Below, piece after piece: positions 18,569 to 28,125 of a stretch of 64,000 nt of DNA. Positions within the stretch are counted from its first letter, which is position 1, and every line of letters begins with the position of its first letter. The notes below the pieces were generated by a model. It ran no database searches. It was not told where the DNA came from and saw only the letters and a program-made list of their open reading frames with translations. This stretch comes from Deltaproteobacteria bacterium (GTDB lineage: Bacteria; Myxococcota_A; UBA9160; SZUA-336), in contig SMWZ01000029.1 in NCBI GenBank assembly GCA_004356455.1, positions 12,897-76,896 of the forward strand, given 5' to 3'. The position numbers and the translations under genes are program-made.

Positions 18569-19333
18569 GTGGCGGATGTCCAGCTATCGGTCGAGTCGGG
18601 CATCGCGACGGTCCTGATCAACCGACCCGACGCGCTGAACTCACTCTCGTCCGCGGTGATGGAGCAGCTCGAAGAGGTCGTGGGTCGGATCGAGCGAGAC
18701 AACGATGTCGCGGCCGTAATCGTGACAGGAAGTGGGCGCGCCTTCGTGGCGGGCGCCGACATCGAGGAGATCTCGACCCTGGACCCCGAAAGCGGTACCG
18801 CGTTCGCGCGACGTGGGCAGCAGGTCTTCACCCACATCGAGCAGCTTGAGAAACCGGTCGTCGCTGCGGTCAACGGCTTTGCGCTGGGCGGCGGCTGTGA
18901 GCTGGCCATGGCCTGCCATCTCCGCATCGCCTCCACCAAGGCCAAGTTCGGCCAGCCCGAGGTGAAGCTCGGCATCGTGCCCGGCTTCGGGGGGACACAG
19001 CGCCTGCCGCGGCTGGTGGGACGAGGCATCGCGAACCAGCTGCTCTTGACGGGTGCGATCATTTCCGCGGAGGAGGCGCTGCGCATTGGGCTCGTAAACG
19101 AGGTGGTCGCCCCCGAAGATCTACTCGCGCGTGCGAAGGCCCTGCTCGAGGCGATACTCGCCAACGGGCCGCGCGCCATTAGAGCCTGCCTGGTCGCCGT
19201 GCGCGACGGTCTGGAGCTCGGGCAGGAGGCCGGCATCGAGCTCGAAGCGAAGCTCTTCTCGGCGCTGTGCGGAAGCGACGAAATGCGCGAGGGCACGCAG
19301 GCGTTCCTCGAAAAGCGTTCCCCGAAGTTCTAG
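18569..19333 (+). CDS. enoyl-CoA hydratase/isomerase family protein
   Basis: 254 aa crotonase fold (AFVAGADI, ALGGGCELAMACH). Confidence 0.85.
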   Translation: MADVQLSVESGIATVLINRPDALNSLSSAVMEQLEEVVGRIERDNDVAAVIVTGSGRAFVAGADIEEISTLDPESGTAFARRGQQVFTHIEQLEKPVVAAVNGFALGGGCELAMACHLRIASTKAKFGQPEVKLGIVPGFGGTQRLPRLVGRGIANQLLLTGAIISAEEALRIGLVNEVVAPEDLLARAKALLEAILANGPRAIRACLVAVRDGLELGQEAGIELEAKLFSALCGSDEMREGTQAFLEKRSPKF

Positions 19334-19393
19334 TCTCAGCCCGCGTTCATCTCCCCATGGTCACGCCCCCCAAAGTAAAGGAGAGGCCAGACC

Positions 19394-20707
19394 ATGAGTC
19401 AGGAACCGAGGGAGCGCTGGAGCGGCCGGACCGGGTTCGTGCTGGCGGCGATCGGCTCCGCCGTAGGCCTGGGGAATATGTGGCGGTTCTCGTACCTGAC
19501 CGCCGAGTACGGGGGCGCCGCCTTCGTCCTGCTCTACATCGCGTTCACGATCCTGATCGGAATCCCCATCCTGCTGGCCGAGCTGGCCATAGGACGGGGC
19601 GCGGCGCGCAGCCCGATCAGCGCGCTCGATCATTTCGGGGGAGGTGCCTGGAAGGCTGGCGGGATCTGGTTTGTCGCCTCCGGCTTCTTGATCCTGTCTT
19701 ATTACTCGGTGATCGCGGGCTGGACGCTCCGCTATACGCTGAACGCACTCATCGGCGGCTTCGAGCCCGACACCGGCGCGCACTTCGACGCCGTCAGCCA
19801 GGGAACGGGCGCCGTCGTTGGGCACCTCGTGTTCATGGGAGCCACGAGCCTGATCGTCTCGCGCGGGATCAAGGCCGGCATCGAGCGCACCTCGCTCGTC
19901 CTGATGCCGCTCCTCTTCGCCCTGGTCTGTGGACTCGCGATCTACGCCTACACGCTCGAGGGTGGCCGGGAAGGCTACGCTTTCTACCTGGAGACCGACT
20001 TCAGCAAGATCCTGGACGCTCAGGTCTTCAGCACGGCGGCGGGTCAGGCCTTCTTCAGTCTTAGCCTGGGGATGGGGGCGATGATGACCTACGCCAGCTA
20101 CGTCTCGCCCCAGCAGCACCTGCCAAACGAGTCGTTGGTGATCGGAGGTGCGGACTTCGTTATCGCCTTCGTGGCCGGGCTGGTGGTCTTTCCCCTGATC
20201 TTCGCGCTCGGACTCTCCGCCGACGTGAGCGAGAGCACCTTAGGCGCGCTGTTCATCACGCTGCCCAAGGCCTTTGCGATGATGGGTCTGGCGGGACAGG
20301 CCGTGGGCTTTCTCTTCTTCGCCGCGCTCGTCATCGGCGCTCTCACCTCCGCCATCTCTCTGCTGGAGGTGGTGGTCGCTTCGGCCATAGACACGCTCGG
20401 CTGGTCGCGGCTCCGATCGACGCTCGTCTTCGGCGGCGCGATCGCACTCCTGGGCATTCCCCCGGCCCTGAACATCAACATCCTGGACTGGATGGACAAG
20501 CTCGCGGGCCAGCTCTTTCTGGTGGCCGGTGGACTCCTGCTCGCGATCTTCGTGGGCTGGGTAATGAAGGACCCCTTCAGCGAGGTGCGCAAGGGAGCCG
20601 AGCACGTGGCCTGGTTTCCGCTCTGGCGCTTCCTGCTGCGCTACCCGATTCCGCTGGTGCTGGCCGTGGTGCTCTACTTCTCGGTGAGGAAGCTCTTCTT
20701 CGACTAG
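19394..20707 (+). CDS. sodium-dependent transporter (neurotransmitter:sodium symporter/SNF family)
   Basis: 437 aa. N-terminal GLGNMWRFSYL motif and 11-12 TM. Confidence 0.85.
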   Translation: MSQEPRERWSGRTGFVLAAIGSAVGLGNMWRFSYLTAEYGGAAFVLLYIAFTILIGIPILLAELAIGRGAARSPISALDHFGGGAWKAGGIWFVASGFLILSYYSVIAGWTLRYTLNALIGGFEPDTGAHFDAVSQGTGAVVGHLVFMGATSLIVSRGIKAGIERTSLVLMPLLFALVCGLAIYAYTLEGGREGYAFYLETDFSKILDAQVFSTAAGQAFFSLSLGMGAMMTYASYVSPQQHLPNESLVIGGADFVIAFVAGLVVFPLIFALGLSADVSESTLGALFITLPKAFAMMGLAGQAVGFLFFAALVIGALTSAISLLEVVVASAIDTLGWSRLRSTLVFGGAIALLGIPPALNINILDWMDKLAGQLFLVAGGLLLAIFVGWVMKDPFSEVRKGAEHVAWFPLWRFLLRYPIPLVLAVVLYFSVRKLFFD

Positions 20708-20831
20708 CGCGGTATCGGCGAGCTGTGCTCGCCTGCGCGCACTTCGCTCGGCTGCGCCTCGCTGCGCGGCCTTCGGCCTTGCAGCGCTGGGACTCTCGTG
20801 CTGGCGGCGTGCAGTGCTCGCCGATATGGCG

Positions 20832-22379
20832 CTAGAGCAGCGCCTCGATCAAGTGGGGACCGGGTTCAGCAAGTGCCCGCTCCAGGCTGCGCACGACCGC
20901 GTCTGCACTCTCGACCCGCTCGGACGGCACGCCGAGCGCCGTACCAAGTCCCACCCAATCGATGCTCGGGTTGGAGAGGTCGGTCAGCGCTAGGGCCTGC
21001 GCGCCGGGCTCGGGCACGCCGGCCCGACCGAGCTCAATGCGCAGGATCCGATACTGACGATTCGCACAGATCAGTGTTGTGACGTCGAGGCCCTCGCGTG
21101 CCTGCGTCCACAGCGACTGCAACGTGTACATCCCACTGCCGTCCGCCTGGAAGGCAAGCACGGGACGCTCGGGGCAGGCCAGCGCCGCTCCGGTCGCACA
21201 GGGCAGGCCCTGGCCGATCGCGCCGCCCGTGAGGCTCATATAGGTGTGGGGAGGACAGTGGGCGGAGGCCAGGAAGTAGGGCAGGCCCGAGGTCGCGGCC
21301 TCATCCATCACGATCAAGCCTTCCGGCTGGACAGCGGCAATGGCCGCGCCGAGTGTCGCGGGCGTCAGCTCTCCCGTGGGTCGCCCGGGCGTTACCCACT
21401 CGGCTCCGCCTGGCTCGCTCGCCGCCGCGATCGCGGCGGCCAGGTCTTCCAGCGCGAGGGCCACGTCCTCTTCGGGCTCGGCTAGCCTGTGGCTTATACA
21501 GTCGTCAGGAACGAGTCGACTGGGCGTCTCGGGATAGCCGAAGAACGCCACCGGCTCGCTCACTCCCGCTAGGATCAAGTTCCGCACCGACCCGAGCAGC
21601 TCTATGACCTGCTCGGGGAAGTAGGGTAGACGCTCGAGCACCGGTAGTCCCGCGCCGCGCTCCATGCGCGCGGGGAAGGTCTCACAGAAGAGTCGACACC
21701 CCGTCCGCTCCGCGATGCGCGCGGCCGCGCGCTGAGCCCGCTCGCGCAAGCCACGCGCACCCAGCAGTAGCAGCGTGGGCTCCCCGCTCCGCACCACGCG
21801 CGCAACAGACTCGATGCGCGTGCCGTCCACAGAGGCCGGCGGCTGCAGACTGAGTGCCGAGGCCGGACCGGACGCCTCGCCCCAAGCGACATCGGAGGGC
21901 ACGACCAGCGTCGCGACACTCCCGGGCAGACGCGACGCCGCCGCAATTGCCTCCGCTCCGTCCCGTGCCAGATCGCCCGCGCTCTTCGCTATGCGAAGCC
22001 AGCTCGAAACAGGACGCGCGAGCGACTCGATGTCGGATGCCAGGGGCGGATCGGCGTGTACGTGCCAGCTCGCATGGTCCCCCACCAGATTGACCACGGG
22101 CGAGTGCGCGCGCCGGGCATTGTGCAGGTTGGCGATGCCGTTTGCAAAGCCCGGTCCCAGATGCAGCAGGGTGAGGGCCGGCTTGTCGCACATGCGACCG
22201 TAGCCGTCGGCGGCTCCGGTACACACACCCTCGAACAGACCCAGCACCCCGCGCACACCGGATACCTCATCCAGAGCCGCCACCAAGTGCATCTCGGTCG
22301 TGCCCGGATTGGCGAAGCAGACCTCGACGCCCAGTGCGGCCGCCGTGCGGATCAGGCTTTCGGCGCCGGTCATCTGCAC
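20832..22379 (-). CDS. thiamine-pyrophosphate-dependent enzyme (acetolactate synthase/benzoylformate decarboxylase-like)
   Basis: 515 aa. N-terminal TPP-enzyme Pyr domain and C-terminal TPP-binding GDG...N motif. Confidence 0.75.
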   Translation of the reverse strand: MQMTGAESLIRTAAALGVEVCFANPGTTEMHLVAALDEVSGVRGVLGLFEGVCTGAADGYGRMCDKPALTLLHLGPGFANGIANLHNARRAHSPVVNLVGDHASWHVHADPPLASDIESLARPVSSWLRIAKSAGDLARDGAEAIAAASRLPGSVATLVVPSDVAWGEASGPASALSLQPPASVDGTRIESVARVVRSGEPTLLLLGARGLRERAQRAAARIAERTGCRLFCETFPARMERGAGLPVLERLPYFPEQVIELLGSVRNLILAGVSEPVAFFGYPETPSRLVPDDCISHRLAEPEEDVALALEDLAAAIAAASEPGGAEWVTPGRPTGELTPATLGAAIAAVQPEGLIVMDEAATSGLPYFLASAHCPPHTYMSLTGGAIGQGLPCATGAALACPERPVLAFQADGSGMYTLQSLWTQAREGLDVTTLICANRQYRILRIELGRAGVPEPGAQALALTDLSNPSIDWVGLGTALGVPSERVESADAVVRSLERALAEPGPHLIEALL

Positions 22380-22469
22380 ATCACCTCCACGTCACCGCGG
22401 GCGCAGCTACCACCCGCGGCGGCGGCAACAGCCTACATGGTAAGCTTTTGCTTGCAGGAGCCCATACCG

Positions 22470-22928
22470 ATGGCCGAGGAACTCGTTCCCATCGCCAGCT
22501 TTAGCCGGCCCGTCGACGCCGAGCTGGCCAAGAGCAAGCTCGAAGCAGGAGGCATACGCAGCTTCGTCGAGGGCGGAACCATCGCGCGCATCAACCCCGT
22601 CCTGATGGGCGGAGGCGAGACGAAGCTTCTAGTGCGAGCGGCGGACCGGGTGCGCTCCCTGGCCATTCTCGAGGAAGACCCAACGGACGCGCATGCGGCT
22701 CTGCGCGAGGTCTTCACGGACCTGGACCACGATGGCTGTCCGCGCTGCGGCTCCACCGAGATCCAACCTCAGGGCTACTCGACCTGGACCTTCGTGATAG
22801 CCTTGGTGCTGGTCGGCCTGCTGCTGCGCGTGCCCATGCCGCTCTTCGTGTTGGCCGTGCCCTTCATCTTCATCCGCCGTCGGAGATTCCGCTGCTCCGA
22901 GTGCGAGCAGCGTTGGTGGGGCCGCTAG
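22470..22928 (+). CDS. DUF2007 (putative signal-transducing) domain protein with a C-terminal Zn-ribbon and TM segment
   Basis: ATG at 22470. ASFSRPVDAELAKSKLEAGGI. CPRCGS...TM...CSECEQRWW. Confidence 0.6.
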   Translation: MAEELVPIASFSRPVDAELAKSKLEAGGIRSFVEGGTIARINPVLMGGGETKLLVRAADRVRSLAILEEDPTDAHAALREVFTDLDHDGCPRCGSTEIQPQGYSTWTFVIALVLVGLLLRVPMPLFVLAVPFIFIRRRRFRCSECEQRWWGR

Positions 22929-22931
22929 CCT

Positions 22932-23411
22932 ATGAGCACGTACACGGAGCCGCTGGTCGCGCTCGCCCGATTCGCCTCCCCTGTCGAGGCCCATCTGGCG
23001 AAAGGGCGGCTCGAGGTTGCCGGGATCTCGAGCGTTGTCAGCAACGAGGCTTCGATCGGGGAGGTGGAGCTCCTGGTCGCGAGCTCGGCGGTTGACGAAG
23101 CCATCGCGGTGCTGGGTGGCACACGCGCCGTACGCGCGCTGCGTTCAAGCCGCGCCCCCGAGGAGACGGCGCTTTGTCTGATCTGCCGCTCCTCCTTCCT
23201 GATACCAGAAGAGGGGTCGGCTGTGTGGCGGATCTTCCGCGGCTTGATGCTCTCGGTGTTGCCGCTGCCCTCGGAGTGGTTCCATAGCCGGACGGTCCGG
23301 TGCGGGGTCTGCGGCCATCGCTGGAAGGAGGAGAGGAGCTCACGAGATGCCTCGCACGGTGTCCTTGCTTCCGAGCAGTACGGAGATCGCCTGCGCGGTC
23401 GGCGCCGCTGA
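22932..23411 (+). CDS. DUF2007 domain protein with Zn-ribbon-like C-terminus; tandem paralog of the preceding gene
   Basis: LARFASPVEAHLAKGRLEVAGIS. CLICRS...hydrophobic stretch...CGVCGHRWKE. The 3' end overlaps the next gene by ~65 nt. Confidence 0.5.
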   Translation: MSTYTEPLVALARFASPVEAHLAKGRLEVAGISSVVSNEASIGEVELLVASSAVDEAIAVLGGTRAVRALRSSRAPEETALCLICRSSFLIPEEGSAVWRIFRGLMLSVLPLPSEWFHSRTVRCGVCGHRWKEERSSRDASHGVLASEQYGDRLRGRRR

Positions 23412-24264
23412 TAGCCTCATCGGACGTTCGCACGAGTGCGATTTCCCGGCGGGGGTTGCGGCTCTGCCCGTGCTGACCGCACCCCGCATCGACGTAGAGG
23501 CCGCCAGTGGCGCGATCGATCGGGAGGTGAAGCAGCTGGTCGAGCAAGGCCTCTCGCTCTACCACGTGGACGCCGAAAGGCTGCGCGAGCTCGCCCCGGA
23601 GGTGATCCTGACGCAGACGCTGTGCGAGGTGTGCGCGGTAACGCCCCAGGATCTGGCGCGGGCGGTGGGGAGCTGGACAGGTGTCCCGCCCACGATCGTG
23701 TCACTGGCTCCGAACCGGCTCGAGGATGTCTGGGCCGACGTACTACGCGTGGGGCAGGCCCTCGGGCACGAGCAGCGCGCCCAGAGGTTCGTGGCCGAGC
23801 TGCGCCGACGCGTTGAGCAGCTCACAGGACGGGCGGAGAAGCTCACGCCCCGTCCCCGGGTCGCGTGCATCGAGTGGATCGAGCCGCTCATGGCAGCGGG
23901 CCACTGGATGCCGGAGCTGGTCGCGCGCGCCGGAGGCGAGAACCTCTTCGGCCGCGCCGGCGAGCCCTCTCCGTGGCTGGGCTGGGAGGAGCTGCGCGAG
24001 GCCGACCCTGACGTGCTGCTGCTTCTGCCCTGCGGCTTCGGCATCGAGCGGACGCGCCACGAGCTGGGGCCACTCGTCGCCCAGACAGGCTGGGCGGGGC
24101 TGCGCGCCGTGCGCGCCGGCCGCGTCTACCTGCTCGAGGGCAACCATTACTTCAATCGGCCGGGCCCGCGCCTGGTCGAGTCCCTCGAAATCCTGTGTGA
24201 GGTGCTGCATCCCGAGCACTTCGAGTCGGGTCATCGCAACAGCGGCTGGTCCCCGTTAAACTAA
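23347..24264 (+). CDS. BtuF/FecB-type periplasmic-binding-protein fold protein (cobalamin/iron-siderophore binding family); orphan, with no obvious signal peptide
   Basis: 305 aa. RTVSLLPSSTEIACAVGAADSLIGRS is typical of class III SBPs. No permease or ATPase genes are adjacent. Confidence 0.6.
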   Translation: MPRTVSLLPSSTEIACAVGAADSLIGRSHECDFPAGVAALPVLTAPRIDVEAASGAIDREVKQLVEQGLSLYHVDAERLRELAPEVILTQTLCEVCAVTPQDLARAVGSWTGVPPTIVSLAPNRLEDVWADVLRVGQALGHEQRAQRFVAELRRRVEQLTGRAEKLTPRPRVACIEWIEPLMAAGHWMPELVARAGGENLFGRAGEPSPWLGWEELREADPDVLLLLPCGFGIERTRHELGPLVAQTGWAGLRAVRAGRVYLLEGNHYFNRPGPRLVESLEILCEVLHPEHFESGHRNSGWSPLN

Positions 24265-24277
24265 ATAAGGAGGTTCC

Positions 24278-24889
24278 ATGCTACGGCTGCACACCGCCCA
24301 AACCCCCAACGGCCACAAGGCCTCGATCGCGCTCGAGGAGCTCGGCCTCGATTACGAGGTCCGGCGCGTCCAGCTCGACCAGGGCGATCAGTTGAAGGAA
24401 GAGTTCCTGGCGCTGAATCCCAATCACAAGATTCCCGTGCTGGAGGACGGAGACCTCGTGATCTGGGAATCGGGTGCGATCCTGCTGCACCTGGCCGAGA
24501 AGCATGGAAAGCTGCTGCCGCGGGATCCGCGCGGCCGCACCGCCGCCATTCAGTATGCCTTCTTTCAGACGGGCGGGATCGGACCCAACCTGGGTCGCCT
24601 CGGGTCCCAGCTGCGCCGTCCCGAGGCGGAACGCAATCAGGAGATGGTGGAGATCTTCTCGGGCGAGGTGGCTCGGCTGCTGGGCGTGCTCGATCGCATC
24701 CTCGCCGATGGGCGGCCCTACCTGGCCGGCGAGTACTCGATCGGCGACATCATGCACTATCCATGGCTACACCCCATGCTCGCCCTCAAGGCGCCCCCAC
24801 TGATGAAGCGCCCGCGCGTCGTTAGCTGGCTCGAGCGCATCGCCAAGCACCCCGCCGTCGAGCGCGGTATGGCCATCCCGGAGTCTTAG
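24278..24889 (+). CDS. glutathione S-transferase
   Basis: 203 aa. N-terminal thioredoxin-like fold with NPNHKIPVLEDGD...ESGAIL. Confidence 0.85.
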   Translation: MLRLHTAQTPNGHKASIALEELGLDYEVRRVQLDQGDQLKEEFLALNPNHKIPVLEDGDLVIWESGAILLHLAEKHGKLLPRDPRGRTAAIQYAFFQTGGIGPNLGRLGSQLRRPEAERNQEMVEIFSGEVARLLGVLDRILADGRPYLAGEYSIGDIMHYPWLHPMLALKAPPLMKRPRVVSWLERIAKHPAVERGMAIPES

Positions 24890-24899
24890 ACCGTCTGCC

Positions 24900-25861
24900 C
24901 TAGAAGCACGATACGCCAGTGTCTCCCCCACATGTACCTTTCGGCCTGAGACCGCATTCGAGGGTATACGCCGGATCAACGAACCCGGCCACGCGGTTGA
25001 TCAGACTCGCATCCGTGGCGCTGTAGAAGCCATTGATCGGCGGAGCCACCTCGTCGCGTTCCGAGACGCAGTCGAAGCGGATGAAGGCTGCGCAGCCGTT
25101 GACGGCCGCCGCGTCCGTTGCGCTATGGATGCAGTCGCCGTCAAAGTCCCCACACAGGCACTCGCACGGAATTCCCGAGAAGGCGCTCCTCACGAGCAGG
25201 AGTGTGTTGGGGAAGAACACGCACGGGTCCTCAGCATCGGGAAGCGTGTCGCCGTCCGTATCTACCGGCTCGGGCGCAGGAGCGAAGTCCAGATCGGTCA
25301 TGTGGGCACTGGACTCTCCGAGAAGTCGCCATCTTGGTCCCTGCGGCAGGATCACGCGCTGATAGATCTCGCGGCCTCCACCGCCTCACGTGACAAACAG
25401 TGCCCCCATCACTAGGACGAACTCCGAGTCCACCGAACCTCACCGAGCGTATGGTGTGTCCGGGGACCTCCACCGGGACCTCGCGCAAAGCGTCCCCGCG
25501 GCTCAGGACCGAGGCATCTCCGGGATCCAGTAGCACGACCTCGAAGAGCGGATCGAAGACCTCTCCCGAGTGGGAGAAGATGGTCGCCAGATAGAGCTTT
25601 CCATCCGGCCCGAAGCCCAGGCCCCCACCCGCAGCCGGAGTTGAAAGCGATCCCGACCAGACCCTGGTCCGCAATCGGAACCCCGACGAGCGTACCCGAT
25701 GCGTTCTCCTGATCCACGATCAAGAGCGCGCCCACCGGCACCGTCCGGCCGGTCACCTCGAACGGAGCGGATGAGCCATACATCGTAGCCGCTACTGTGT
25801 CGCCCTCGACAACCAAAAGTGTCGCCGAAAAGACCCCACAGAGACGGGCGCTTGTCACCAC
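24900..25861 (-). pseudogene. beta-propeller (NHL/lactonase-like) plus thrombospondin-type-3 Ca-binding repeat protein gene disrupted by about 2 frameshifts
   Basis: Three minus-strand fragments in different frames: …VGVPIADQGLVGIAFNSG / GLGFGPDGKLYLATIFSHSG… / DTDGDTLPDAEDPC… Frame breaks fall in G-runs. Confidence 0.4.
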
Positions 25862-26528
25862 CCATCGGTCTCCCGAGCAACAGACAGAGCTACACTCGGA
25901 TACACCATCGCCCGGCTTCTAATAAGCCCCATGGACAGGTAAGACCAATCAAAAGCCCTTCCAAAGCTACGGATAACCCGTGATCCCATCCAATCGGCCT
26001 TAGGGCAAATCACGCAGGCAGCGCAGCGCCCAACGGCCGGAGTTGCTGATCCTTCATGGAATGCGACCGCTTCCCATCAAGTGGAATTCGTTCTAACGCG
26101 TTCAATCCGAAGTCGAGGGGGCGCGTAGCTAAGGTTCACTACTGACAATCCACTTCGAGAAGTACTGGGAGCCACCCCCGTAGGCGTGGCCCAGGCCAGG
26201 CGCGTGCCCTCGATCTAGTGTCTTGTTATGGAAGCTCGCTCGCATTCTCGGCGGCCATGCCGCGCGCCCGATACCCTACTGGCTGTTTGGGAGGGCCCGA
26301 TTTAGCTGATATGAGCGCTAGGCTCCCCGTAGATGGCGAACGTGAGCAGAAGTAGCGCGAGAGAAGGATCGCGGCAAAGTACCGCAACGACTTTTCCTGG
26401 AGAATCGTCTTCGAGTGCCTGTGGGGGGGGCCGGCGGCTGGCTCGCGATGAGCGTGCTGGCACTGAAAGGCGCGGCGCCTTACGCGGTGGCGTGCCTGGT
26501 AAACCGGTAGCTGGCTTACGCGCTCTAC

Positions 26529-27242
26529 ATGCCACTGCACGAGGCGACGCATGGCAACGCGAGCGGGCGTCATGGGCACCTGCGCTGGGTCGACGATTGC
26601 GTAGGCTGGCTCAGCTCCATTCCGCTGATGTTCAGCTATCGCGGTCATCAGTACTCGCATATGAAGCACCACGCTCACACGAGCGATCCGCTGCGGGACA
26701 CCGACATCTTCATCGGGGGGCCACTCGCGGAGCTCCCCGGCAAGTACCTCATCTTCGCCTGGCTGCAGCTGCTGCTTCCGGTCCTGAAGCTGCTACCGCG
26801 CGGCCAACGCCTTCTGTCCACTCCCATGCGCAGGGTCTTCGAGTCGGGTTACGAAATCCGCTTCTTTCGACGCCAGCAAAGGATCTCTCTGCTGCCGTTG
26901 GTCGGGCTCAGCCTGGCGGGGTTTTTCTGGGAGGCGCTTCTGCTCTGGTATCTGCCCTCGCGCATCGGCCTGTTCGTGATGTTCTTGGTGTTCGCATGGC
27001 TGCCGCACCATCCCCAGCACGAGAGGGGCCGCTACCGGGACACCCGCATCACGCTCTTTCCCGGTAGTACCCTTCTGATTCGCGGCCACGACCCTCACCT
27101 GCTGCACCACATGTTCCCGCGAGTGCACACTAGCGCCTGCCAAAGCTATTTCGCGAGATTCGGCCCACCCTTGAGCAGCAAGGCGCATGCATCGAGGGTC
27201 CCCTCGCCGGGGCCCGGAGCCCCCAAGATACTGCTGCGGTAG
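26529..27242 (+). CDS. fatty-acid desaturase / beta-carotene ketolase (CrtW)-like di-iron membrane protein. Apparently 5'-disrupted: an in-frame TAG lies 7 codons upstream of the ATG and a TM-like segment precedes it.
   Basis: Three histidine boxes (HEATHG, HMKHHAH, HLLHHMFP). The same frame upstream reads …GGAGGWLAMSVLALKGAAPYAVACLVNR*LAYALYMPLHEATHG. The N-terminal TM helices expected before His box 1 are missing. Confidence 0.55.
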   Translation: MPLHEATHGNASGRHGHLRWVDDCVGWLSSIPLMFSYRGHQYSHMKHHAHTSDPLRDTDIFIGGPLAELPGKYLIFAWLQLLLPVLKLLPRGQRLLSTPMRRVFESGYEIRFFRRQQRISLLPLVGLSLAGFFWEALLLWYLPSRIGLFVMFLVFAWLPHHPQHERGRYRDTRITLFPGSTLLIRGHDPHLLHHMFPRVHTSACQSYFARFGPPLSSKAHASRVPSPGPGAPKILLR

Positions 27243-27247
27243 CCGGG

Positions 27248-27275
27248 TTGGCCCCACTCAGATCTCTGTTATAAT
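27248..27275 (+). promoter_or_regulatory. sigma70-type promoter with extended -10 (TTGGCC -N16- TGtTATAAT) driving the RRM gene through a ~230-nt leader
   Basis: Perfect TATAAT at 27270-27275 preceded by TG. It sits in the only low-GC stretch of an otherwise ~70% GC region, upstream of the RRM gene. Confidence 0.45.
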
Positions 27276-27512
27276 CTCTGGCTGAACCGCAAGCCTGATC
27301 GGCAAAGGATCCAGGGCTGTTTTGGATTCATTCCTATGGGCCTCCAGGCTCAACCCTATTGTCCTCCTCCCAATCAAGTCTGCGTTCTCCTCTCAGGCCC
27401 GAAAAGCTGAGAGGGACATCTATTGCTTGGAATCGCGTCTTCGGATGGCCCGAGTCGGATTTCGGCAAATGTCGCGTCTCACGCATCGATAGAGGCGCGA
27501 CGGGGAAATGAA

Positions 27513-27818
<306 letters not shown>

Positions 27819-27821
27819 GCG

Positions 27822-28103
27822 ATGCAAGCCGCGCGCTACGCCAAGCTGGGACAGAAATGGACCTGCTATTCCTGCGATCGAAAGTTCTACGATCTGCAGA
27901 AAGCAGAGGCCATTTGCCCTAACTGCAAAGCGGATCAAGCGGCACGCCCGCCGGAACAGGAGACCGTGCCCAAGAAGCCGGTCCGGAAGTCGACGCGGGC
28001 TAGGAAGTCGACGAGGGCCAAGACCTCTACGGCAGCCAAGACCTCTACGGCAGCCAAGGCCTCTACGGCAGCCAAGACCTCTACGGCAGCCAAGGCCTCT
28101 TAG
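27822..28103 (+). CDS. small Zn-ribbon protein of the FYDL-motif family (TIGR02300-like) with a basic K-S/T-A tandem-repeat tail
   Basis: [11 protein letters not shown]…ICPNCK. The tail (KSTRAR/KTSTAAK)x6 is encoded by 18-bp tandem repeats. The gene starts 4 nt after the RRM gene stop. Confidence 0.6.
   Translation: MQAARYAKLGQKWTCYSCDRKFYDLQKAEAICPNCKADQAARPPEQETVPKKPVRKSTRARKSTRAKTSTAAKTSTAAKASTAAKTSTAAKAS
27987..28100 (+). repeat. 18-bp tandem repeat (~6.3 copies; gccaagacctctacggca consensus) inside the Zn-ribbon gene
   Basis: Direct repeats visible in the sequence. In-frame and without spacers, so not CRISPR. Confidence 0.9.
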
Positions 28104-28125
28104 ACAAGCTTCGGGACCGCCCGCC

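Noticed and set aside
22056-22469. N-terminal 138 aa of ORF 22056-22928
   Set aside because: It overlaps the TPP-enzyme gene on the opposite strand. The DUF2007 domain begins at ATG 22470.
26085-26110. tRNA-like GTTCAATCC T-arm motif in the low-GC patch
   Set aside because: No acceptor or anticodon stems could be built around it.
27987-28100. Possible CRISPR-like array (regular 18-bp repeats), and likewise the 21/33-bp repeats at 34560-35200
   Set aside because: The repeats are contiguous with no spacers, lie in frame inside coding sequences, and no cas genes are present.
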